DNA of 64,000 nucleotides from Candidatus Saccharimonadia bacterium (GTDB lineage: Bacteria > Patescibacteriota > SICC01). The stretch lies in the NCBI GenBank assembly GCA_025449535.1, contig JANWJF010000001.1, forward strand, positions 677,136-741,135, in the 5' to 3' direction. Below are positions 1 to 7,173 of the stretch, in pieces (positions within the stretch are counted from its first letter, which is position 1; every line of letters starts with the position of its first letter). The notes beneath the pieces are model-generated. The model was not told where the DNA came from and searched no databases. It was given only the letters and a program-made list of their open reading frames with translations. The position numbers and the translations under genes are program-made.

Positions 1-1
1 C

Positions 2-268
2 GGCGACCGGCTGGGATCCGGCACCAAGGTCGGCCTGACCGGCAAGCTGAAGAAGTTCAAGGAACGTTCGCTCGAGGTCCAGAAGGAACCGATCTCCACC
101 CGGATGCTGGCGGTCGACGGCAACGACCTGATGCGGGAACTGGACCTGAAGCCGGGTCCGGAGGTCGGGCGCGTCCAGGACGCGTTGCTCGAGGAAGTAC
201 TCGACGATCCCAAGCGAAACACCAAGGAGCATCTGCTGGAGCGCGCCAAAGCGCTGCATCGCGGGTGA
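2..268 (+). CDS. cca: C-terminal part of CCA-adding tRNA nucleotidyltransferase (truncated by window start)
   Basis: Frame 2 reads ...MLAVDGNDLMRELDLKPGPEVGRVQDALLEEVLDDPKRNTKEHLL, the typical CCA-enzyme C-terminal motif (GxDL...PGP.vG). Confidence 0.8.
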   Translation, partial: GDRLGSGTKVGLTGKLKKFKERSLEVQKEPISTRMLAVDGNDLMRELDLKPGPEVGRVQDALLEEVLDDPKRNTKEHLLERAKALHRG

Positions 269-316
269 CGGCTCGACGCCCCGGCCGGCTCTCGGTACAG
301 TAGAACGGTATCCGAC

Positions 317-529
317 ATGACCAAGGTCAAAGAAACCACAACCCGGCGCAAGGACTCCGAAGAGGAGTACTTCAAGCGGCACGAGGACCCCTACGTCCTG
401 CCGCCGGAGCTGAACATCAGCATCCGGGACGGCTTCCGGTTCGGGATTGGATTCATCCTGGCGATGCTGATCTTCTGGTCGGTTGTCATGCTCGGCGCGA
501 TCGCGACATTCAGCTTCGGTTTGGTGTAG
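317..529 (+). CDS. small membrane protein, hypothetical
   Basis: 70-aa ORF with C-terminal hydrophobic helix, high-GC3 codons, abuts trxA. Confidence 0.7.
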   Translation: MTKVKETTTRRKDSEEEYFKRHEDPYVLPPELNISIRDGFRFGIGFILAMLIFWSVVMLGAIATFSFGLV

Positions 530-531
530 CC

Positions 532-849
532 ATGGCGCAGGCGGTCACCTCGGCATCGTTCCAGAAGACGGTCCTCGACTCGAAGCAGCCCGTGCTGGTG
601 GACTTCTGGGCGGTCTGGTGCGGCCCGTGCAAGGTGCTGGACCCGATCGTCGATGAGCTCGGCAAGTCCCTCGGCGACAAGCTAGGGGTCGTGAAGGTGA
701 ACGTCGACGAGGAGCCGGAACTCTCGCAGCGGTTCACCGTGATGAGCATCCCGACGCTGATCCTATTCAAGGACGGCCAGCCGGTCGAGACCGTCATCGG
801 CGTCCTGCCGAAACCCGAGCTCGAAGCGAAGATCAAACCGTACCTCTAG
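532..849 (+). CDS. trxA: thioredoxin
   Basis: VLVDFWAVWCGPCK active site, 105 aa. Confidence 0.97.
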   Translation: MAQAVTSASFQKTVLDSKQPVLVDFWAVWCGPCKVLDPIVDELGKSLGDKLGVVKVNVDEEPELSQRFTVMSIPTLILFKDGQPVETVIGVLPKPELEAKIKPYL

Positions 850-862
850 GAAAGACCGGGAC

Positions 863-1873
863 ATGGCGGACGCGAAGCAAACAAAACCCCGTGCCTACGA
901 CCTGGCGATCATCGGCGCCGGACCGGCCGGCCTGGCCGCCTCCGTCTACGCCTCGCGCTACAAGCTGTCCAACGTGGTGATCGGGCCGGAGCTCGGCGGC
1001 TATGTCTCGACCACCCACTTGGTCGAGGACTACCTGGGGTTCGAGACGATCACCGGCATGGACCTCGCGAACAAGTTCTCCGAGCACGCCAAGAAGTTCG
1101 GGGCGGAACTGGTCCAGGAGCAGGTTTCCAGCACCTCACGCGACGGCGACGATTGGGTACTTAAGACCTGGACGGACAAGGAGATCCGGGCCCGGGCCGC
1201 CTTGCTGGCCGTCGGCACCAAGCACAACAAGATCGGCGTTCCGGGCGAGGACAAGTTCGAAGGTCGGGGAGTCAGCTACTGCGTGACCTGCGACGCGGCG
1301 TTCTTTAAGGGCAAACCGGTGGTGATCGTCGGCGGCGGTGACTCGGCGCTGAAGGGCGCCTTGCATCTGACCGAGTTCGCGAGCCATCTCTACGTGGTGC
1401 ACCGCCGCAAGGACTTCCGTGCGGAGCCGACCTGGGTGGACCGGGTGAAGGAGAAGAAGAACGTGACGTTCGTGTTGGAGAATGAGCTGGTCGAGGTCCA
1501 GGGCGAACAGAAGGTCACCGGGGTGAAGCTGAAGCGGCCGTTCGAAGGCAAGGATACGCTCGAGGTCGACGGGGTCTTCATCGAGATCGGCTCTACGCCG
1601 GACCCGACGCTGTCCAAGGCGTTCGGCGCGGACATGGACGACGGCCAGTTCGTGCTCGTCGGCGACACCCAGCGTACCACCGCGGAGCGGGTCTGGGCGG
1701 CCGGGGACAACACCACCAACTCGGCGATGTTCCGGCAGATCGGGACCGCCTCGGCGGAAGGATCGGTGGCGGCCGGTGATATCTACGAGTACCTCAACGA
1801 CCCGAAAGCCCGGTGGTCCGACCGTGGCCCGGTCAGCGAGACAGCTCCAGTCCAGCGGATCGTCACGGATTAA
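863..1873 (+). CDS. trxB: thioredoxin reductase
   Basis: IIGAGPAG FAD motif, GRGVSYCVTCD, VGGGDSA, HRR; adjacent to trxA. Confidence 0.95.
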   Translation: MADAKQTKPRAYDLAIIGAGPAGLAASVYASRYKLSNVVIGPELGGYVSTTHLVEDYLGFETITGMDLANKFSEHAKKFGAELVQEQVSSTSRDGDDWVLKTWTDKEIRARAALLAVGTKHNKIGVPGEDKFEGRGVSYCVTCDAAFFKGKPVVIVGGGDSALKGALHLTEFASHLYVVHRRKDFRAEPTWVDRVKEKKNVTFVLENELVEVQGEQKVTGVKLKRPFEGKDTLEVDGVFIEIGSTPDPTLSKAFGADMDDGQFVLVGDTQRTTAERVWAAGDNTTNSAMFRQIGTASAEGSVAAGDIYEYLNDPKARWSDRGPVSETAPVQRIVTD

Positions 1874-2014
1874 CCACATTCCGTCCACAAGGGGGACAAC
1901 GGCGGCTTGTATAGTGAAAGTGCGACTATCCGTCGTGCCGCGTTTCTACCCGAAACGCTCCCACTCGTCCACGGCATCACTGCCGTGCGTTTCCAAACAG
2001 GAGGAGGAAGGAAA

Positions 2015-2422
2015 GTGGCGACAGCTACCGCTGTAAAAAATGCCACCGCGCCATCCGGTCCGACGGTAGCCCCGGAGACCGCTGGCAGACGGGCAGTACG
2101 AATGCCATCACCCACGGCGCCGCAGCACATGCAGGCCTTGGCCCGCGCGAACCGCGTCCGGCTGGCCCGGGCGGAGCTCAAGCGCTCCATCGCCCGCGGT
2201 GACGCCGATGCGGCTGACGTCATCCGGGAGTGTCCCTGGGAGACCGAGACCATGACGCTGGCCGAGCTGCTCACCAGCCAACGTCGCTGGGGCCGTACCC
2301 GCGCCCGCAAGTTCCTGCTGGGCCTGGCGCTCAGCGAGAACAAGCGGCTCGGCACGCTCACGTCCCGCCAACGCGCCCTGATCAGCACCGAGCTTTCCAA
2401 CAGGAGCTCCGTGCTCGTCTGA
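2015..2422 (+). CDS. divergent actinobacterial-type integration host factor (mIHF-like, H2TH fold), paralogue 1
   Basis: ALARANRVRLARAELKRSI...MTLAELLTSQRRWGRTRARKFL...SENKRLGTLTSRQRAL aligns with the mIHF pattern; GTG start after AGGAGGAGG. Confidence 0.75.
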   Translation: MATATAVKNATAPSGPTVAPETAGRRAVRMPSPTAPQHMQALARANRVRLARAELKRSIARGDADAADVIRECPWETETMTLAELLTSQRRWGRTRARKFLLGLALSENKRLGTLTSRQRALISTELSNRSSVLV

Positions 2423-2663
2423 GCACTCGAACAACGGCGGCCGGTCGGTCATCAACACGACCCCGGCCGCCCGCGTTCACCTCCTCCTGCTCACACATCT
2501 CGTATCCTTGCTTGCCGATTTACGGCCCGCTTTCGTTTTGCTACCGTTGGAATACGGAACCGCTGAAAACACACGGCGGCTTTCTTTTTGTCCGCGATTC
2601 GCTCTTGATCGGATTGCGTGTCTCACAATCAGGTCAGGAGAAGACGAACGAAGGGAGCAATGG

Positions 2664-3011
2664 ATGAGCCCCGCAGTTGCCGAAGCACCCTCAAGAACCA
2701 AGCTGGGGATTCCGGACCGGTCGCTGGACCAGCGCATGGACGCGCTGAAACATGCCAACGACATCCGGACCGCCCGAGCCAAACTCAAGAAGGACCTCAA
2801 AGCGAGAAAAGCGAGCATCCATGAGTTGCTGCTCGACCCGCCCGAGCACACGCTGACCATGAAGGTCTTCGATCTGCTGCTCGCAGTCCCGAAGTACGGG
2901 CGGATCAAGACCAACCGGGTGCTCAACCAATGCCGGATCTCGCCCTCCAAGACACTCGGCGGACTCTCGGAGCGGCAGCGCCTGGAGCTGGTCAACTATC
3001 TCCGCCGGTAG
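2664..3011 (+). CDS. mihF: actinobacterial-type integration host factor (mIHF), paralogue 2
   Basis: QRMDALKHANDIRTARAKLKKDLK...MKVFDLLLAVPKYGRIKTNRVLNQCRISPSKTLGGLSERQRLEL matches the mIHF pattern; GGGAG SD. Confidence 0.85.
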   Translation: MSPAVAEAPSRTKLGIPDRSLDQRMDALKHANDIRTARAKLKKDLKARKASIHELLLDPPEHTLTMKVFDLLLAVPKYGRIKTNRVLNQCRISPSKTLGGLSERQRLELVNYLRR

Positions 3012-3124
3012 GTCCGCCGATGTCCGTGCACGGAGCGGCCGGCCTGGTCAAACTGCGACCCCGCCGGCCGCTCCCCAGCACACCCTCCTGACCTGATTTC
3101 CTGAATACCCTCGTGTCACGCGGG

Positions 3125-3224
3125 TCGGGTTTCGATATCACACGACTCGCGATTCATTCGCAAGTCGACCCCGAAGCCAGTCGCGTCATACACGTTCGAA
3201 ACCACGGTTTCGAACGTGTATACA
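3125..3224 (-). repeat. tRNA-trailer double-hairpin element, copy 1 (follows displaced tRNA-Ala 3' end)
   Basis: GTATAC-[26-nt palindrome]-GTATGACG..ACTGG..GGGGTCGA-[19-nt hairpin]-TCG; same geometry as 30977 and 32021. Confidence 0.75.
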
Positions 3225-3291
3225 GTCTGTGGAGTTGAGCGGGCGTCTTTCGAACCCCGCCTTCAGGCAGAACCTGGCCAAGCTCCTAAGG

Positions 3292-3843
3292 CTAATCCGG
3301 CAGACTCGTTTTTAAATCGTTGAGGAAATCTGCGAGAGATACTATCCGGCAGTTGTACTGCCCAGTGTCTACTGCTTTGAAATCTTTGAGATTAGTGGTT
3401 ACAAGTACGTCACAGCCGAGACGTTCTGCAAGCGAGAAAATGGAAGCATCTGCTTGGCGTTGGTTACGATTCAACCACTGGCGGCTATCCAGTGGTGGTT
3501 TTCCTTGACGCTCGCGCTCCTCGTTGTGTGTGGAGAATGCTGCTTGAGTATCAGCCACTTCACGGCGAATCTCTGAATAGCCGTTTCCTCCTGCGAGTAT
3601 ATCTGGGCCGCCAATAGCTGAGACACCAATTGTGAAGTAACGAGTGTCGTCTTCTGTAAAGCGCTGCTGTAGCAACGTCCAATTACTTTGCCCCGATTCG
3701 GTAAGACGACTCTCGTCAAACTCATCGAGCACTGCACTGACGAGTATGTAATCGTATCCCTCAGGGCTACTGAGGATCGCTTTAGTCATGTGTTGATCCT
3801 GGCAAGCGTCGATTAGGGCGTTAGTGTCAAAAGCGATTAGCAT
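3292..3843 (-). CDS. PIN-domain protein (putative ribonuclease/toxin)
   Basis: N-terminal IAFDTNALID, VLDE, DASI, C-terminal LVTTNLKDF: PIN acidic motifs. Confidence 0.75.
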   Translation of the reverse strand: MLIAFDTNALIDACQDQHMTKAILSSPEGYDYILVSAVLDEFDESRLTESGQSNWTLLQQRFTEDDTRYFTIGVSAIGGPDILAGGNGYSEIRREVADTQAAFSTHNEERERQGKPPLDSRQWLNRNQRQADASIFSLAERLGCDVLVTTNLKDFKAVDTGQYNCRIVSLADFLNDLKTSLPD

Positions 3844-3874
3844 CTCGTTTCTAGTATGCTCCAACACAGAGGCG

Positions 3875-4255
3875 CTAACGTTTCTGCTCTCGAACAGCCG
3901 CAAGAACCCTGACTAAATCAGTGAGGTGCCGCTCTCGCTCAACTTTCCGCAAGCTGTATTCGAGCAGCGCCTTCACGTAGCCATCCCAGTCGGGCGGATT
4001 ACGCCGTACGCCCTCGATAGAGAGATCAGAAAGCTTCACGCGCTGCCTCCGGAGCTTCTGTGGCCTCCTTGTTACCACCCAGGTGTATCCGGCAAAGACC
4101 CGAGCGCCGGAATGAAACAGCCGATGCGTGAGCGTGGCACTACAGAAAAGCACCGGTCGTGATCGCCGGCCGGTAGTAAGGGGATAGCGATAGTCAGCCT
4201 GCTGTTTGGAAGCAGTCCCGAACTCGACAGTGCGTGGCTTGCGCGGTCTTCCCAC
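3875..4255 (-). CDS. small basic hypothetical protein (start either GTG 4255 or GTG 4078)
   Basis: ORF upstream of and co-oriented with the PIN gene; ...GVRRNPPDWDGYVKALLEY...; GTG 4255 lies 6 nt after a -10 box. Confidence 0.5.
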   Translation of the reverse strand: MGRPRKPRTVEFGTASKQQADYRYPLTTGRRSRPVLFCSATLTHRLFHSGARVFAGYTWVVTRRPQKLRRQRVKLSDLSIEGVRRNPPDWDGYVKALLEYSLRKVERERHLTDLVRVLAAVREQKR

Positions 4256-4261
4256 CTACCA

Positions 4262-4290
4262 ACCATACGCTGACGGGGGGGGGGGGGCAA
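4262..4290 (-). promoter_or_regulatory. sigma70-like promoter with 13-C homopolymer in the -35/spacer
   Basis: Minus strand TTGCCC-17 nt-TATGGT; G13 at 4275-4287 on plus. Confidence 0.55.
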
Positions 4291-4335
4291 TCAAGGTGCC
4301 TTGTAGCGTGTAACTGTCAGTCCTATGCTCGATCT

Positions 4336-5094
4336 ATGAGTAAAGACGATCCGAAGCAAGCCCTAACTACTGTTACAGCAACAGAGCTCAGTGAGCGCAA
4401 GCCAATCACACAGATAATTCACAGGCAGTTAGAAAATCTCCTCCAATACGTTCCAGGTTTACTCGAATCTACAAAGGGCGAGAACGCGACGCGTCTGAGT
4501 CGACTCCTTCAGGCTTTTAATTCTGGTCGATTCATCCAGCAACTTGATAAGGAGCTCGCAGACTTAAGGAAGAGCAGTTCTATTAAGGATGATTATTTCG
4601 TTCAAGAGCAAGCGCTTGAAGGTCTTCAGATTTTATTCGAGTTTATTGACGAGGACTCTCCTGACCTGGTGCGGTTCGAAGCTATGAAACAGGTGTTTCT
4701 AACAATGTGTCAGGAGAAAGACAATTTATCTGACCGAAACGATCCTATTCCTACGCAGTTACTCAGAATCTGCCGAGGACTATCTTCGGGCGAACTGATC
4801 GTCTTGACGACTGCCTATAAATTACGAACCGAAGTAAAAGAAGAACGTAAGCAGGGGAAGCAACCGATTGGGTACTGGCATGAGGAAATTGCGCAGGGCA
4901 GCGGTCTCGTATTTCCAGACCTCGTAGATTTTCACGAAAGAAAACTAATGGACAAGAACCTCATTACTCCGCGGTACCAAAATGACGACCTTATTTATTA
5001 CGGAGCGAAGAATCGTTTAACTGACCTAGGTGAAACACTTTGCGAGTTCATTGGCGAGCTTGATCCCCGCCACCCAAATCCTTTAGCTAAGTGA
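4336..5094 (+). CDS. hypothetical island protein, possibly Abi-alpha/DUF4393-like
   Basis: 252-aa AT-rich ORF, C-terminal winged-helix-like RLTDLGETLCEFI; TTGTAG-17-TATGCT promoter 6 nt before ATG; family call tentative. Confidence 0.6.
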   Translation: MSKDDPKQALTTVTATELSERKPITQIIHRQLENLLQYVPGLLESTKGENATRLSRLLQAFNSGRFIQQLDKELADLRKSSSIKDDYFVQEQALEGLQILFEFIDEDSPDLVRFEAMKQVFLTMCQEKDNLSDRNDPIPTQLLRICRGLSSGELIVLTTAYKLRTEVKEERKQGKQPIGYWHEEIAQGSGLVFPDLVDFHERKLMDKNLITPRYQNDDLIYYGAKNRLTDLGETLCEFIGELDPRHPNPLAK

Positions 5095-5218
5095 TCAGTT
5101 TTTGATTTGACGACTGTTCAAGGGTTCGACAAAGGCCCTTTAACTAGTATTAATGGGACAAGAATCGAAACGCCGTAACTGCGGTATTTAATGAATTGTT
5201 CGAGAAACGTTTTGTCTG

Positions 5219-5291
5219 TGGAGCTAAGCGGGCTCGAACCGCTGACCTCCTGCATGCCATGCAGGCGCTCTACCAACTGAGCTATAGCCCC
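5219..5291 (-). tRNA. tRNA-Ala(GGC)
   Basis: GGGGCTATAGCTCAGTTGGTAGAGCG-CCTGC-ATGGCAT-GCAGG-AGGTCAGCGGTTCGAGCCCGCTTAGCTCCA, G3:U70. Confidence 0.97.
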
Positions 5292-5392
5292 AAGTGCATT
5301 TCTTATCCTAGCATCGGCCTCCGCTCTTTCTGTAGGCCATCTCGGCGCCTGCCGGCAGGCGGACACCACGATGCCAACTGAGCTATAGCCTC
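5292..5392 (-). repeat. duplicated tRNA-Ala 5' fragment plus CATCG...CGATG-bounded insert
   Basis: GGCTATAGCTCAGTTGG at 5374-5390 repeats 5273-5289 (period 101); insert ends resemble those at 31131-31199. Confidence 0.75.
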
Positions 5393-5412
5393 GCGCGTAA
5401 GAGTATACCGAA

Positions 5413-5780
5413 GAAAAAAGTTCGACCCGGACATGTCGCGTGAAAGCACACATTCGGGTCGAAGGAAGCCTGGCCCCGCCGCAGCTGGGAATCCACTTGG
5501 CAGTAGAGTGCCGCGGCGGGGCTGGCAAGCGCGTCCGGAGGATCCCTTGACCAGGGACATGTCGATCGCGCAAGTTTCGTGGGTCGTCTATCGGACAGGC
5601 CAAGTGGCTAAAGACGGTTTACAAACCGTCCTCTCCTTGGTGCCAGAGGACGTCCAGCCGGACCCACGCTGTTCGATCTCCAGCAGATGACGCGGCCTAC
5701 CAGCAGACAGGGAGGGATGGCTCGCGTAAATTCACCGCCAAAGAGAACAAGTCTGGTAAGGTGTTGGCAAAAGCCTTACC
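5413..5780 (-). ncRNA. candidate structured ncRNA, unknown family
   Basis: No credible ORF; nested helices 5473-5485/5510-5522, 5578-5585/5661-5668, 5530-5535/5689-5694; terminal hairpin plus U-tract on minus strand. Confidence 0.45.
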
Positions 5781-5840
5781 TTAGTAAAGCCGTTTTTCAT
5801 CATTGCCGCAACCATGTCGACGCGTGATAAGATTGAAGTG

Positions 5841-5948
5841 ATGCATACCGTGAACCGAAACCGCTTTTTCTTTCCCACCTCCGGGCGGTCTTTGGCATGA
5901 GTTAATCACGAACGCATCCGTACGAGCCGCCCACCGGGCGGCGTTTTT
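5841..5948 (+). promoter_or_regulatory. leader peptide (MHTVNRNRFFFPTSGRSLA) and transcription attenuator
   Basis: ORF 5841-5900 with three Phe codons; terminator GCCGCCC-ACC-GGGCGGC-GTTTTT at 5926-5948; GGGCGGT in the leader can pair with GCCGCCC. Confidence 0.6.
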
Positions 5949-5980
5949 GTGAATCAACTAACCAAGGAAAGGAGACCATC

Positions 5981-6187
5981 ATGCATAGCTTCGTACGACG
6001 GATCGAGCAGCTGGATACGCCGGCACCCGCAGACGTGGGCGGCGAGGACTTGGAACCGCAAGTCCGCCAGGCCATCCGGTACGTCGAGCGGGACGACCCG
6101 GAACTGGCCCGGCTGCTGCTTGAGGAATGGCAGGAGCAGCGGGACGGCCGCGAGGCCGGTAATCTGGCGGACGAACCGGTACAATGA
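5981..6187 (+). CDS. hypothetical protein
   Basis: 68 aa, strong SD AAGGAG, stop overlaps next start. Confidence 0.7.
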   Translation: MHSFVRRIEQLDTPAPADVGGEDLEPQVRQAIRYVERDDPELARLLLEEWQEQRDGREAGNLADEPVQ

Positions 6188-6648
6188 GACCGATGGCCAA
6201 AGCAAACGTCCTCTACGCCCACCTCGCCGACCAAGCCTTCCCGTCCGAAGGTGGGAAGCTCAACCTGATCGGGATGTTCGGCGGCGTGAACGCGCCGGGC
6301 CGAGTCGGCTTGGCACAGTTCCCGGCGATCTACCCCAGACTGGCTCTGGCGGTAGGCCTCGCTACCACCGAGGACAAGCTTCCGATTACCGTCACGTTCC
6401 GAACCGAGGATGGCAAGGACATCATCCAGCCGTTCAACGGGACGTTCGAGATCCAGCGTCAGGCTGGCGCTCCCAAGAAGGAAGCCGCGAACCTCAGCTT
6501 CAACCTGAACTTCGACACCATCCGGATCGAGAAGGCGGGCAAGCTCTACATCACGATCGAGTCGGAGAAGGACGAGCTGGCCGAGGTCGAGATCGAGGCC
6601 GTCCAGGCGCAGCAACAGCCCCCGCAAGAGTCGCCGAAAAAGCCATGA
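6184..6648 (+). CDS. hypothetical beta-rich protein (DUF6941-like)
   Basis: LADQAFPSEGGKLNLIGMF motif; coupled to neighbours by ATGA overlaps. Confidence 0.65.
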   Translation: MRPMAKANVLYAHLADQAFPSEGGKLNLIGMFGGVNAPGRVGLAQFPAIYPRLALAVGLATTEDKLPITVTFRTEDGKDIIQPFNGTFEIQRQAGAPKKEAANLSFNLNFDTIRIEKAGKLYITIESEKDELAEVEIEAVQAQQQPPQESPKKP

Positions 6649-7136
6649 GCGATTCGCAGAAGCTCCACGAGGTCGCGATCACGGCGATCATCCGGAACGG
6701 CGACGGCCAGTACCTGATCGTCCGGCGTTCGGCGGAGAAGAAGCGGTTCCCGAAGATGTGGACGGTGCCGGGCGGTCGGCTCGAGACCAAGGATTACACC
6801 TCGCTCAAGAAGGACACCAAGGACTACTGGTACAACGTGCTTGAGCGGACGCTGACCCGCGAGATCGATGAGGAAGTCGGGCTCAAGGTCACGCACGTCG
6901 AGTACCTCACCAGTCTGGCGACGGTCCATGCGGACGGCGCACCCTCGCTGGTGATCTCCTGCGTGGCCGACTACGAGAGCGGTGACGTCCGGCTGCAGGA
7001 AGGCGAGACGGATGACTTCGCCTGGGTGAGCTCGGAGGAAGCCAAGGACTACGACCTGATCGACGGGATCATGGACGAGCTGATGATGGCGGACAAGCAC
7101 TTCGCCGGCAGCAAGGCCGAGTGGGCACGTGCGTAG
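6645..7136 (+). CDS. NUDIX hydrolase
   Basis: WTVPGGRLE...LTREIDEEVGL Nudix box (with insertion). Confidence 0.85.
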   Translation: MSDSQKLHEVAITAIIRNGDGQYLIVRRSAEKKRFPKMWTVPGGRLETKDYTSLKKDTKDYWYNVLERTLTREIDEEVGLKVTHVEYLTSLATVHADGAPSLVISCVADYESGDVRLQEGETDDFAWVSSEEAKDYDLIDGIMDELMMADKHFAGSKAEWARA

Positions 7137-7173
7137 CTGACCCGGACAACGCCACGCGGTACGCTAGGAGGGT

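Larger units (their letters stand above)
3225..5233. mobile_element. ~2-kb low-GC island integrated at the 3' end of tRNA-Ala; no recombinase retained
   Basis: Direct repeats GTCTGTGGAGTTGAGCGGGC (3225-3244) and GTCTGTGGAGCTAAGCGGGC (5214-5233), 18/20 identical, match the tRNA 3' end; visibly AT-richer cargo. Confidence 0.8.

Noticed and set aside
5949-7136. Long N-terminal extensions in the ORF track (also 12197, 27090, 28373, 39766, 57358-58464)
   Set aside because: The extensions overlap neighbouring real genes or regulatory sequence; family motifs start at 6645, 12356, 27180, 28997, 39973 and 57855.
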